A DNA stretch of 64,000 nucleotides. Origin: a virus. Its lineage: Duplodnaviria; Caudoviricetes. The translations under genes were made by a program, and so were the position numbers. The stretch is from positions 96,001 through 160,000 of IMG/VR virus record IMGVR_UViG_3300030330_004160; one strand, 5' to 3'. Positions 38,715-48,534 of this stretch are shown here, one piece after another. Within the stretch, counting starts at the first letter, position 1. The number at the start of each line of letters is the position of its first letter. The notes under the pieces were generated by a model. The model searched no databases. It had not been told where the DNA came from and saw nothing but the letters and a program-made list of their open reading frames with translations.

Positions 38715-41700
38715 GTGGCAGACGAAAACATATTACAATTAAATAGCGTACAATACAACAAAGATATTAAACGATTTGTCGATAGAGTGAGCAGAAATAA
38801 ACCTGTCTTGAGGCGACAATATAAAGATTTGTTTGAAAAATACAGCCAATATGACAAAGTAGTGTCAGTATACACTTCTCTTATCACGGGAGAGCAGGAC
38901 ATCGACACAAGTACGGAAGTATCGCCTAGAGATCTGCTATCGAAAGCAGAGACAATCGCAAGTTCTATTTCTAATGATGAAAATTTAAAAAAAAGCTTTA
39001 TAGAATGGTTCAAAAGAAGTAATCCTGCCCCCGGTATGACTGAGGAGCAGGCGGGAATTGTTTACACCGCATATTCTAAAGAAAATAGTCAATATGTATC
39101 GAAATGGTATTTTGGCGGAGATGACTACGACACCGCAACAGCAGCAAGTACAGGAACGCTAATGAAGATACCAGAAGGGAGCCCTCTTTGGCTCCTTCGA
39201 TGGAAGGAAGTGCCGATTGATATCATTATCGCCGGAAGTGGATTACACTATCCCCCAGATGATGCCAGCACTTTAGAGATGGTGATACCTTTTTGGGATG
39301 CAAAGGCACCTGGTAATGCTACGGCGAACGGAAACAGATTAATACAAGAATTCACAACAGAGCGAGGTATTCAAGATGATCTAGATGCACTGGACAATGT
39401 CCCAGAGGATCAACTGCCATATGAAGACGCCGAAGCCAACGCAGAGTTTTTGCAACAACAAAAAGCAGCCCTATATGCTCAAGCGGCAACCGGTGCTCAA
39501 GGTTTAAATGAATATGTTGCTAACATACCTAAAGATAAAATAGAAAAGAAAGTCCAATGGTGGGCCACTCATAAGCAATGTATCTTACTTTCTGGCTTGG
39601 AGAAACTGTCCCAAGGCGTTTCTGTCCCGGCCAGACAAGCACTTATCGACAGTGGCATCCAACCCTATCAAGGAAAATTGTTCCCAGTCAAAGCCGGCAA
39701 GGCAGAAAGGTTTATAAACGAACTAACTTTATCAGACAAGATTAACAATTACCTAGGTCCGGATTGGCCTGCTGATTGGTTTACTTTCGTATTGCCAAAG
39801 GTTAGGCTAAGTCTGATCAAGGCAGAAGGAGCCGGCCTCAGAGAGTGGGACTTTACCTCCATTAATGATGATAGCAATGTCAGCAGCCTAGGCTGCGATA
39901 TAACTGCTGATAGATTGGCCCAAAATGCTGCCATCTTGGGAGAAGAGGGAGCCGGCCAGCACGTTATTTTTGAATCTTTTACATACACAATGAACGGTTC
40001 CGACCCTTCAACTTCCAGAAAAGATATATCTGCAACATTAAAAATTAAACTAACCAGTTTAGAATGGCTTAATACCGGCATCTTAGTTGACTCCCTCGGA
40101 CCAGATGGAGAAATGAGTAAGAAAGAATTTAAAGTAGTTGATCTTTTGCTCTACCCAAGCAGTAGAAAAAATGCAAGAGGCTATGGCCAAGCGTTTAAAA
40201 ATCAATATGATCCTTCATATAATAGATTGCGTGCTGTAATATTCAACGAATTGGACAAGCCAAAAGCAAAAATGGTTATGTCCGAAGAGGAACTATCAGA
40301 TCACGAAAAAATGTTTAATGATACTACGATGGTTTTAGACTTGGCACTGGTGGATCATGAATTGTCAATAGATAAATCAAAAGATGAAATCTCTGTCTCT
40401 TTATCTATTGAGTATGCCGGATATTTTGAAACAACATTTTCTGCTCCGTATATGGACGGGCTTGCAAGCCCTGAGATTATCAAAGAGAGAAAGAGAAGAC
40501 AAAGTAAATTAGATGAAGCCGTCGATCTTGAGTGTACAATTTCACAGTTAAACGCTATACAGAGAAACCTTCAAAGGGCTGTAAGGGCAGAAGCAATTTT
40601 GGCAAGAAGATCTATTATGGAAAGATTGATCGAAAGAAAGAAGATATATAAAATTAATTTTAATATTGCAAACATTGCATCATATCTTTTGTCCTCGGAC
40701 GAAGTCCCAGATGATATTGAAAGAGTATGGCAAGAAGCCGAGGTTGAACTTAGTTCCGTGGGATCAGACACCGATATTACTTCACCCACAGACGATTCCG
40801 GAACAGACATTGAAGCATCCACCTCTCCTGCTGGTAAAGTAGAAGAAATACAGAAAGCAACTCAGAGAGGCCAAGCCGGAGAAGACGCTATAGAGGAAAT
40901 CTATTATTTCTTCTTGGGCGATCTAATAGAAATCATATCTGATGTTATGTATGCCCACACTGAAACTGTGAAGTTTGGTAAAGGAGTCCCAATGGCTGAT
41001 GAAATTAGTATGTTAAATGCTAGATTTATCACATCAACATTCAACTATAGAAAGTTGGTGACCGATTATTCTCCAAGCACAAGCGCAGCAGAAGACGACG
41101 ACGGAGCCTTAGGAACCGGAACAGCCGCAGAATCAGGCGAAGAAGCCGAGCCTGATGGCGATACTCCTGCCTCTCCCAAGAAGACTGGTGGAGGTAAAAC
41201 TGTTGGAGAAGAATTGCATGAAATCAACATTGCTGATATTCCTATTTCGGTCGATTATTTCAAGGCATGGTTTAAACAAACTGTTATCGACAAAGAGAGA
41301 ACATATTATCCTGTCATGACCATGGTACGAGATTTAGCCGAAGTTGTTATAACAAACATGTTAAACGAGGTATGCTTTGGAGCCAGAGGGGCCGGTGCTA
41401 AACTAAAGTTTAGAGTGTCTCACCACTCATCTGCTGAAAGAGTGATTGAGCGTGCGTACACTGGTCAGAGAAAAGCCACCTTAAGTTTCAACGGACTATC
41501 TAAGCCTGTTTTGGTCAAGAATCCATTCGCACACGCCATGGACTATTGGAACTATATAGTTTTATATTGCCACGAACACAACATATATGACCCAGAGTTT
41601 GGACGAGATAGTTATGACGTTGGCGGCAAAATCGATTATCACTATAAAGAGTTTATCCCCCACCTTCTTGTCGGAGAGAATGTTGATGGAGCAGTTATTT

Positions 41701-42242
41701 CTGCCAACTTCTCAAAGACAGACACTCCTTTTCTGAAGGAGGCAAGATATTTTGACAGTTCAGGAGGAAGTTTGATCCAATTGGCAAATGTTTATGATGT
41801 AGGTGGAATGAAACTGCATCATAATACTTTTTGCTACCCTGGACAAATGACATGGATTGAGTTCCAAGAACTTCTATATTGTGGGGGCGGACCAAGCACG
41901 AGAGGATCAATAGCAAACCAGTTGGGACTTGGAGGTTATCACCTTATGAAAAAAGTTACTGGGACTCTGTACCCTAACAACAAAGGTGAAACCACAGTAG
42001 ATGCTACTTGGGCTTACTCTGGTGCTGACCCTGTTAGAAGAAAGACTGGAGATGCGACTTCTATCTCTGCCAATCCAAAATGCGATGAAAACATTGAGGT
42101 AACGGATCAAGAGGCAACTGAGTTAGAACTTGAAGCCAGTAACCAACAAACACAAGATTACCCAACTGGAGTTCCGGAATCAGCCGGAGGTGGAGGCGTT
42201 CCGGATATCACTAGTGCACCAGATGTGACAGGAGGACCATAA
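38715..42242 (+). CDS. Large virion protein, probable baseplate hub component
   Basis: 1175 aa, GTG start, follows gp53-like gene; C-terminal YPGQ...LGLGGYH..KV hub-like pattern. Confidence 0.6.
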   Translation: MADENILQLNSVQYNKDIKRFVDRVSRNKPVLRRQYKDLFEKYSQYDKVVSVYTSLITGEQDIDTSTEVSPRDLLSKAETIASSISNDENLKKSFIEWFKRSNPAPGMTEEQAGIVYTAYSKENSQYVSKWYFGGDDYDTATAASTGTLMKIPEGSPLWLLRWKEVPIDIIIAGSGLHYPPDDASTLEMVIPFWDAKAPGNATANGNRLIQEFTTERGIQDDLDALDNVPEDQLPYEDAEANAEFLQQQKAALYAQAATGAQGLNEYVANIPKDKIEKKVQWWATHKQCILLSGLEKLSQGVSVPARQALIDSGIQPYQGKLFPVKAGKAERFINELTLSDKINNYLGPDWPADWFTFVLPKVRLSLIKAEGAGLREWDFTSINDDSNVSSLGCDITADRLAQNAAILGEEGAGQHVIFESFTYTMNGSDPSTSRKDISATLKIKLTSLEWLNTGILVDSLGPDGEMSKKEFKVVDLLLYPSSRKNARGYGQAFKNQYDPSYNRLRAVIFNELDKPKAKMVMSEEELSDHEKMFNDTTMVLDLALVDHELSIDKSKDEISVSLSIEYAGYFETTFSAPYMDGLASPEIIKERKRRQSKLDEAVDLECTISQLNAIQRNLQRAVRAEAILARRSIMERLIERKKIYKINFNIANIASYLLSSDEVPDDIERVWQEAEVELSSVGSDTDITSPTDDSGTDIEASTSPAGKVEEIQKATQRGQAGEDAIEEIYYFFLGDLIEIISDVMYAHTETVKFGKGVPMADEISMLNARFITSTFNYRKLVTDYSPSTSAAEDDDGALGTGTAAESGEEAEPDGDTPASPKKTGGGKTVGEELHEINIADIPISVDYFKAWFKQTVIDKERTYYPVMTMVRDLAEVVITNMLNEVCFGARGAGAKLKFRVSHHSSAERVIERAYTGQRKATLSFNGLSKPVLVKNPFAHAMDYWNYIVLYCHEHNIYDPEFGRDSYDVGGKIDYHYKEFIPHLLVGENVDGAVISANFSKTDTPFLKEARYFDSSGGSLIQLANVYDVGGMKLHHNTFCYPGQMTWIEFQELLYCGGGPSTRGSIANQLGLGGYHLMKKVTGTLYPNNKGETTVDATWAYSGADPVRRKTGDATSISANPKCDENIEVTDQEATELELEASNQQTQDYPTGVPESAGGGGVPDITSAPDVTGGP

Positions 42243-43541
42243 ATGGCGAGAGACTTTAAAGGTAAAAACAATTTCAAATCGGCAAAATCCCTATGGGTAA
42301 CTCGCTTAGATTATTTGGCGAATGCATACCCAGAAGGAAACGGCAGAGGCGGAATACAAGTCAAAGATTTAGACTTCTTTGAGCAAACCTATTATGGAAT
42401 GATAGACACCAGAGATCAATCGATAATACCAAATGAAGACTTTATTGTACCAATCGATGTAACTTCTTCTAGAGCAGCGGCTTCTGCTCCTCGGGCTATG
42501 GATTTTGTTGTCAATGCCTTTAATGATTTAAAAAATCTTTTTGAAAGGGCTTGCCGTGCTCAAATATTATCTAAGAGGAATTCATTGTTTGCTCCTTTGC
42601 AAGCCACAAGGGCCTATACCCCTCCCAAAAAAGACTATGAAAAGTTCTTAAAGAGAGTCTTGACTAGATTTAATTCTGAAATCATACCTAAAATGTATGA
42701 TATTAAAAAGATAATCACATTTGATGATTATGTCAAGACATTTATAAATTATTTATCAAACAATCCAAATGATCATGTTATAACCCTGAGTAAATGGTGT
42801 CGCTCAAGCCTCTCCGGAGTACTACACTCCGGGCTTGCGATTGATATAGCGGGGCTAAGTTTTGGGGACGATCAACCAAAGATATCTTCGATCATAGACG
42901 ATGAAATGTTTCCTTTTTACAAAAACGCTGTTTTGAATGGCGGCTTTGCTATGATGAGAAACAATCCAGGCATATTGATTGCTGATTTGCAATCTCCGGC
43001 TATGACACCTTATTTGTCAAATAATCTTGGGATAACAGATCTAACTTCTTTATTTAATACAAAGTATATTAATACTGTATATATTGAAAGAAATATATTA
43101 AGTTTATTATTATATAGATATTATAATTTCTTTGTTATTACAAATCCTATGTCTAAAGAATTGACTGTATGTAATGGTATAACTACTCAATCATACACTA
43201 TGAGACCACAAATGCCACTACAACAAATGATAGAAACTTACAAGGAAGATTATTGGATGGACGTTCAGATAGAACTTAAAAACATAGAGGACAAGACTGG
43301 TTTCTCCAGAGGAAAAATAAACCATATTAAGAAAAAAGCAAAAAACCTTCTCAAAACAGTTGACAGTCAGAGAGCCTCAGGTTATATTATTAAGGAATTC
43401 GGAAATCAGACTTGGAATAAGCCATATGGCTATGGAGATTATTTAAAAGATAAAAGGTCCCAAGGTAGAGAGGCGCCACAACCGTCATCCCAACCAACAG
43501 GACCCGGAGGATCATCAGGAGGTGGTGGTTCTTCATACTAA
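42243..43541 (+). CDS. Hypothetical protein (end of tail module)
   Basis: 432-aa ORF abutting upstream stop. Confidence 0.7.
   Translation: MARDFKGKNNFKSAKSLWVTRLDYLANAYPEGNGRGGIQVKDLDFFEQTYYGMIDTRDQSIIPNEDFIVPIDVTSSRAAASAPRAMDFVVNAFNDLKNLFERACRAQILSKRNSLFAPLQATRAYTPPKKDYEKFLKRVLTRFNSEIIPKMYDIKKIITFDDYVKTFINYLSNNPNDHVITLSKWCRSSLSGVLHSGLAIDIAGLSFGDDQPKISSIIDDEMFPFYKNAVLNGGFAMMRNNPGILIADLQSPAMTPYLSNNLGITDLTSLFNTKYINTVYIERNILSLLLYRYYNFFVITNPMSKELTVCNGITTQSYTMRPQMPLQQMIETYKEDYWMDVQIELKNIEDKTGFSRGKINHIKKKAKNLLKTVDSQRASGYIIKEFGNQTWNKPYGYGDYLKDKRSQGREAPQPSSQPTGPGGSSGGGGSSY
43360..43388 (+). promoter_or_regulatory. Sigma70-type early promoter for polymerase operon
   Basis: TTGACA-N17-TATATT. Confidence 0.65.
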
Positions 43542-43551
43542 CGGAGGACAA

Positions 43552-44751
43552 ATGACACCATTTCAGATTATTGATGATAAGAGAGATTGTTTTGGAGTAT
43601 ACACAAATGGCAACTTTATATACGATGTATCCGACCTTCCTTTCGATGGGGGAGTTACATGGAGTTGGTCTAGCCATCTCAGCGGTCGCTCTCATTATTA
43701 TGGTTATATACTTAGCGGCGGAAAGACTATTTCCGAGGCATGCCCAGAACATCTTAAAGAAAGGCTCACGCTCAGACAAAGAAAAATAAAATCTTTTATC
43801 AATTCGTTTATCCAAGCCAAGATAAAGATTGATGACGCTTGTCTTTTTGACCTGATTCCCTCTCAGCATCTCAAGCACTACCTTGAGGTCAAGAATCAGA
43901 TTTGCCATGAGGTTTTCACAAATTCAAAGGCTCCAAAAAACTATTCTCTTCTGCATGACATTTATGAGATGATCAACGATATTTCGCTTCATCCTTTAAG
44001 GCTAGATTGGGAACTTTTAGAGCGGCTGGCGCTGAAAGATATGAAAGCAAAATCGTTGTTATCCCGCTTTAAAGGCAGCAGACCAACGATCAAGTATGAC
44101 CTCTATGGGACGGTCACTGGCAGACTGAGTATACAAGAAGGTAGTTTCCCAATATTGAATGTTAAGACTGAAAACAGAGGAATTCTTACCCCTTGTAATG
44201 ATGCCTTCCTTGAGTTGGACTACAATGCAGAACAAATCAGAACTTTGTTGTCTCTTTCCAAAAAAGAGCAACCAAATGAGGATATACATGAGTGGAATCG
44301 CAAAAATGTGTACCGAGGCTTTGGCACACGAGACAAAGCAAAGAAAAGATTCTTCGCTTGGCTTTATGACGACAATTCCGATGATCATCTTACCGAGAGG
44401 TTCTACGACAGAGATAGCGTCTTAGAAAGGCACTACCATCAAGGCGTTATTAGCACCCCATTCGGCAGAGAAATAGAGTGTGACAAATTCCACGCTCTAA
44501 ACTATTTAATACAGAGCACAGCATCGGATAACTGCCTATCTCAGGTAAGCAAAATCCATCGATTTTTGAAGAATAAAAAGACGAGAATAGCATTTGTTAT
44601 CCACGACTCAGTTGTTATTGATTTAGCCAAGGATGAAACTTACTTGATACCTCAAATAAAAGAGATTTTTGAGGATACAAGTCTCGGGAAGTTTCCCGTC
44701 AACATGAAGTTGGGTAAGAACTATGGCTATTTGAAGGAGTTCTCATGGTAA
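43552..44751 (+). CDS. Short family-A DNA polymerase-like protein
   Basis: GTVTGRLS, motif A LDYNAEQIR, DIH, motif B RDKAKKRFFAWLY, NYLIQSTASD, motif C IHDS; SD GGAGG. Confidence 0.85.
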   Translation: MTPFQIIDDKRDCFGVYTNGNFIYDVSDLPFDGGVTWSWSSHLSGRSHYYGYILSGGKTISEACPEHLKERLTLRQRKIKSFINSFIQAKIKIDDACLFDLIPSQHLKHYLEVKNQICHEVFTNSKAPKNYSLLHDIYEMINDISLHPLRLDWELLERLALKDMKAKSLLSRFKGSRPTIKYDLYGTVTGRLSIQEGSFPILNVKTENRGILTPCNDAFLELDYNAEQIRTLLSLSKKEQPNEDIHEWNRKNVYRGFGTRDKAKKRFFAWLYDDNSDDHLTERFYDRDSVLERHYHQGVISTPFGREIECDKFHALNYLIQSTASDNCLSQVSKIHRFLKNKKTRIAFVIHDSVVIDLAKDETYLIPQIKEIFEDTSLGKFPVNMKLGKNYGYLKEFSW

Positions 44752-45545
44752 TAATAGGATTAGGTGGTTCTGGTAGGGCTATTAGCAAAGAGTTCAAGAA
44801 ATGGGAACAATATAGAGTTATTACACCCAAAATACCCGAATATCAGACTGCTGAGGAGTACGAAAAAAATACTCCCAACTTTAAGCAATCATTTAAAGGA
44901 GTCAAAGATGAGATATGGTTTATCGTTTGTGGAACTTCGAAGGAAGCGGCATGCTCTCTACGCATCATGGAACAAATCAAGCATTGCAAGATCAAGGTAC
45001 TTTATGTCTACCCTGAGGTCGATTTTCTATCTCCCGGAGCCCAAAAGAGACACAGAGTGGTATTTGGTGTCCTCCAAGAATATGCAAGATCAGGTTTGTT
45101 GGATTCTATGTATATCGTCTCTAACGAAACAATTGAAAAGATGCATGGAGGAGGCACAATAAGCAATCATTATGGTAGAATTAATGAGACAATAGCTAGC
45201 ACAGTGCACTATTACAATATTTATAGAAATACTGACCCTGTCATGGGATCAACCCATCAGCCAAGACATATTGATCGAATCAGAACATTTGGTTTGCTTG
45301 ATATGAATAAAAATGAAGAAATCTTTCTATTTCCCCTTGACAAGCCGACAGGAATATGCTATATTTATAATATAACGAGGGATGATTTGGACAACAACAA
45401 TACACTTCTTACTAATATGAAAGAGAAGACCAAAATTAATGTTATAAACAACATCAATTCTTCGTTTTCGATATATGAGACCGAATATGATCAAAACTTC
45501 TGTCATATGGTAGCATATACACACTTTGTTCAAGAAGAAAAATAA
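44745..45545 (+). CDS. Divergent tubulin/FtsZ-fold protein
   Basis: N-terminal IIGLGGSGRAI (T1 loop), downstream P...N spacing like FtsZ/PhuZ; T4 GGGTGSG signature degenerate. Confidence 0.55.
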   Translation: MVIIGLGGSGRAISKEFKKWEQYRVITPKIPEYQTAEEYEKNTPNFKQSFKGVKDEIWFIVCGTSKEAACSLRIMEQIKHCKIKVLYVYPEVDFLSPGAQKRHRVVFGVLQEYARSGLLDSMYIVSNETIEKMHGGGTISNHYGRINETIASTVHYYNIYRNTDPVMGSTHQPRHIDRIRTFGLLDMNKNEEIFLFPLDKPTGICYIYNITRDDLDNNNTLLTNMKEKTKINVINNINSSFSIYETEYDQNFCHMVAYTHFVQEEK

Positions 45546-45554
45546 ACTTTTTTC

Positions 45555-45582
45555 TTGACAATATAGCCAAATCGGTTATATT
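45555..45582 (+). promoter_or_regulatory. Sigma70-type promoter
   Basis: TTGACA-N16-TATATT, intergenic. Confidence 0.7.
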
Positions 45583-45630
45583 ATTAAAGAGAGACAAACT
45601 CTCACCTATTCTAAACAACATGGAGGATAT

Positions 45631-45879
45631 ATGAATAGCAACTACACAACTTACACTGGCACCTTTCTTACTCGCTCTGGTCGTTCACGCAAGATGACCT
45701 TTATTAAAGGTGCTGATATCCCTGCGGGATTTGCTACTGGCAAAGCCCCACGCATCGCTGAGGGATCTGAGATTGTATATGACATCGAACACAATGGATT
45801 TCGTGTGTTCAACTGGAATACGGTACAAGGTTCCGTAACTGAAGGAAAAATTAATTATTCGTTTGACAATAAACGTTAA
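45631..45879 (+). CDS. Small SH3/WYL-like beta-barrel protein
   Basis: F.T.SG..R.M ... VYD....FR.FNW; SD GGAGG. Confidence 0.6.
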   Translation: MNSNYTTYTGTFLTRSGRSRKMTFIKGADIPAGFATGKAPRIAEGSEIVYDIEHNGFRVFNWNTVQGSVTEGKINYSFDNKR

Positions 45880-45891
45880 ACACATTATATT
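45863..45891 (+). promoter_or_regulatory. Sigma70-type promoter for SSB
   Basis: TTGACA-N17-TATATT. Confidence 0.65.
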
Positions 45892-45974
45892 GCAATTAGC
45901 GGGGGGCGATATTTGGCCCCCCGACTTTAGGGTGTATCCCCATAATGACCATTAAAACATAGGAGAAAACAAAA

Positions 45975-46742
45975 ATGGCACTTAATATCGAAAAAATGAG
46001 ACAAAAACTTGAAGCATCCCGCAATGGTGGGAAAGTAAAGAATACTGGATTCAAATGGCGCCCTTCTGAAGGCGACCAAACCGTCCGCATTCTACCAACC
46101 TCAGATGGAGATTCTTTCCGAGAGTTTCACTTCCACTACAATGTAGGGAGGAACCCTGGCATCCTCTGCCCAAAACGAAACTACGGAGAAGAATGTCCTA
46201 TTTGTGATTTTGCATCCAAACTATGGCGTGAAGGTGTTGAAAACAACAACGAAACAGCCAAAAAAGAAGCAAAGAAATTGTTCGCTCGCAAGCGATACTA
46301 TTCTCCAATCATTGTACGTGGAGAAGAGAGTTCTGGTGTCCGAGTGTGGGCCTACGGCAAAACTGCCTATGAAACCCTCCTTGGATACGTTTTAGATCCC
46401 GATTATGGTGACATTACAGACCCAGAAACTGGAACTGATATTGTTCTTAACTACACAGTGCCTGGAACCCCTGGTTCATTCCCCAAAACAGCACTCAAGC
46501 CCCGTCGTCGTCCCTCAATTTTATGTGATGATATGGTAGATGACTGCGCTGCACTTCTTGATAGTGTCCCAGACGTTGAAACCCTTTTTGAACGAAAGTC
46601 CACTCAGGATATCCAAGGTCTGCTGGATGAATACCTGTCCTCCGATTCCTCCTCCGAAGCCTCCTCCAGAGAGACACACAAATATAAGAGTAACGCAACC
46701 TCAAAGGTAGACGCTGCTTATGCTGAACTGATGAATGACTAG
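45975..46742 (+). CDS. Single-stranded DNA-binding protein (T4 gp32-like)
   Basis: W.P..G...VRILP, H...CP....E.CPIC, YGK..Y..L, D..G.D, acidic C-terminus. Confidence 0.9.
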   Translation: MALNIEKMRQKLEASRNGGKVKNTGFKWRPSEGDQTVRILPTSDGDSFREFHFHYNVGRNPGILCPKRNYGEECPICDFASKLWREGVENNNETAKKEAKKLFARKRYYSPIIVRGEESSGVRVWAYGKTAYETLLGYVLDPDYGDITDPETGTDIVLNYTVPGTPGSFPKTALKPRRRPSILCDDMVDDCAALLDSVPDVETLFERKSTQDIQGLLDEYLSSDSSSEASSRETHKYKSNATSKVDAAYAELMND

Positions 46743-46764
46743 CATCTATGCGTGTAGAGTCTAT

Positions 46765-46795
46765 GGCCCCGAGACTTAAAACTAGGGGCTTTTTT
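46765..46795 (+). terminator. Probable Rho-independent terminator
   Basis: GGCCCC...GGGGCT followed by T-run. Confidence 0.6.
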
Positions 46796-46811
46796 AATTT
46801 CGGAGGACAAT

Positions 46812-47297
46812 ATGGGAGCGACACACTTATCTGATAGAAGTAATTGGCAGAAAGGCGCAAGGATAGTAGGAGACGCAGGAGAGAATGATTTTATATATCA
46901 TCTACGTCCCTTGTTACCTTCTTCTTATGTGATTAGACACAAGCCAGAAAAGCTTGTAATCTACAGTAGCAACAAAGGGATTAAACTTGATTCTAAAATA
47001 GTAAATACCGAGACAGGAAAATGTCTCTTTATTGAGAAAAAGACTGGTAATAACGGTGGCAATGCTCATGAGAGAGTCTACAAGTTTATGTCTCCATCTT
47101 TAAAAAGAAAAATTATAAAAGAACACAATGCTGTAGATCAACCTTTTTTTCTTGTTTTTTCTGGTAAGACTTTCCAAGGACAAAAATATCAAGATGAACT
47201 TGAGTTGCTCCTTGAGGAAGAGAACTATATCATAATGGAACAAGGCTTCAGCAATATAGCAGAAGCAGCAAATAAAATCACGGAGGTGCTAGGATGA
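46812..47297 (+). CDS. MunI-like type II restriction endonuclease
   Basis: MG...LS.R.NWQ N-terminus, D...EKK catalytic motif, GNAHER, PF..VF.G as recalled for R.MunI. Confidence 0.75.
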   Translation: MGATHLSDRSNWQKGARIVGDAGENDFIYHLRPLLPSSYVIRHKPEKLVIYSSNKGIKLDSKIVNTETGKCLFIEKKTGNNGGNAHERVYKFMSPSLKRKIIKEHNAVDQPFFLVFSGKTFQGQKYQDELELLLEEENYIIMEQGFSNIAEAANKITEVLG

Positions 47298-48154
47298 AAC
47301 CATTATTTATGTGGGCAGGTGGCAAGAATAAAATGCTAAAGAAATATGCAAAGCATTTACCAACCAGCGTAGAACATTATGTTGAGCCATTTCTTGGTGG
47401 CGGCGCAATGTTTATTTGGGCGTATAAACTCAACCCAGAAGCAGAGTTTGTACTTAATGATTATAACGAATCAGTTATGGCTGTCTATCGGGCGATTAAG
47501 AATGATATTAATCCATTTATTAAGAGAATGGACGAACTCCAAGAGAAGTATATGCCGTTAGATAAGGCAGCCAGAAAAAAGTTTTATTATGACTTGCGAG
47601 AAGAACACGCATTTGATTATAAAAAGTGGACGAGAACAGAAGAGGCAGCAAGTCTGTACTTCTTGATGAAGACCGGATTCAACGGAATCTGGCAGATTAA
47701 CAAAAACACAGGTGGAAGGTTTGGAACTCCATCTGGTCTTCTCAATCAGAAGACGAAGGTGTATGATAAGGACAATGTCCTTGCTTGGCACAAGGCGCTA
47801 CAAAGGTGTAAACTTATGAGCGGAGATTATAAAGAAACATTCCCCGAGGTTAAATCAAACTCTTACGTATTTCTAGACCCACCATACAGAGGCTCATTCA
47901 CTCAATACGGAGTAGACTTTGACGACAAGATGCAGAATGGAGTTATTAAATATCTTAATGATTCAACCGCTTTGGGAGCATATGCCTTGATGTCCAATCG
48001 TGATGTTGGCGATGGTTTCTTCGAAGCCAGAGTTGGCAAAAATGACATCGTTTATTTCGATGTAACTTATACAGCAGGTCGTCGCAAAAAAGAAGCAGAC
48101 GGTAGCCATAGTGCAAAAAAAGCAAGAGAAATCTTGATGATAGGAAAGCAATAG
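47294..48154 (+). CDS. Dam-family (D12 class) N6-adenine DNA methyltransferase
   Basis: WAGGK, YVEPFLGGGA, LND.N, GFNG, LDPPY, MSN; ATGA overlap with endonuclease. Confidence 0.93.
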   Translation: MKPLFMWAGGKNKMLKKYAKHLPTSVEHYVEPFLGGGAMFIWAYKLNPEAEFVLNDYNESVMAVYRAIKNDINPFIKRMDELQEKYMPLDKAARKKFYYDLREEHAFDYKKWTRTEEAASLYFLMKTGFNGIWQINKNTGGRFGTPSGLLNQKTKVYDKDNVLAWHKALQRCKLMSGDYKETFPEVKSNSYVFLDPPYRGSFTQYGVDFDDKMQNGVIKYLNDSTALGAYALMSNRDVGDGFFEARVGKNDIVYFDVTYTAGRRKKEADGSHSAKKAREILMIGKQ

Positions 48155-48162
48155 GAGGTAGA

Positions 48163-48534
48163 ATGACAGCACAAGCACATATGAAAGAAACTTATTATAA
48201 CGATGAAACAGAGGAAACTTACAATACATTTCAAGAGTTTCTAGAGTCAGTGGACAAGTATTGGTGGTATCACAATATTGGCACAAGCGATTCTTGTGAT
48301 GACGACCGGTACTTTAAATTAGTCCACGAAGAAGTCCTTGAATCGTACCTTGATTTTAAAAGAGGTTATAAAATGATCCAATATATATACGAAGCCTTAG
48401 ATGGCTCTTATTGGGGAATTGAATTAACCAACTATCATCATGGTGAAAATGATTTGGACCACAACACAACTGTCTGGAAACAGTTTAACAAAACCAAAAG
48501 AAGAGTAACTATTACCGAATGGAAGGAGGTATAA
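48163..48534 (+). CDS. Hypothetical protein
   Basis: Strong SD AGGAGG. Confidence 0.7.
   Translation: MTAQAHMKETYYNDETEETYNTFQEFLESVDKYWWYHNIGTSDSCDDDRYFKLVHEEVLESYLDFKRGYKMIQYIYEALDGSYWGIELTNYHHGENDLDHNTTVWKQFNKTKRRVTITEWKEV

Noticed and set aside
45337-45365. TTGACA-N17-TATATT inside the tubulin-like gene
   Set aside because: Good match but intragenic and redundant with the promoter at 45555; cannot be told from chance without TSS data
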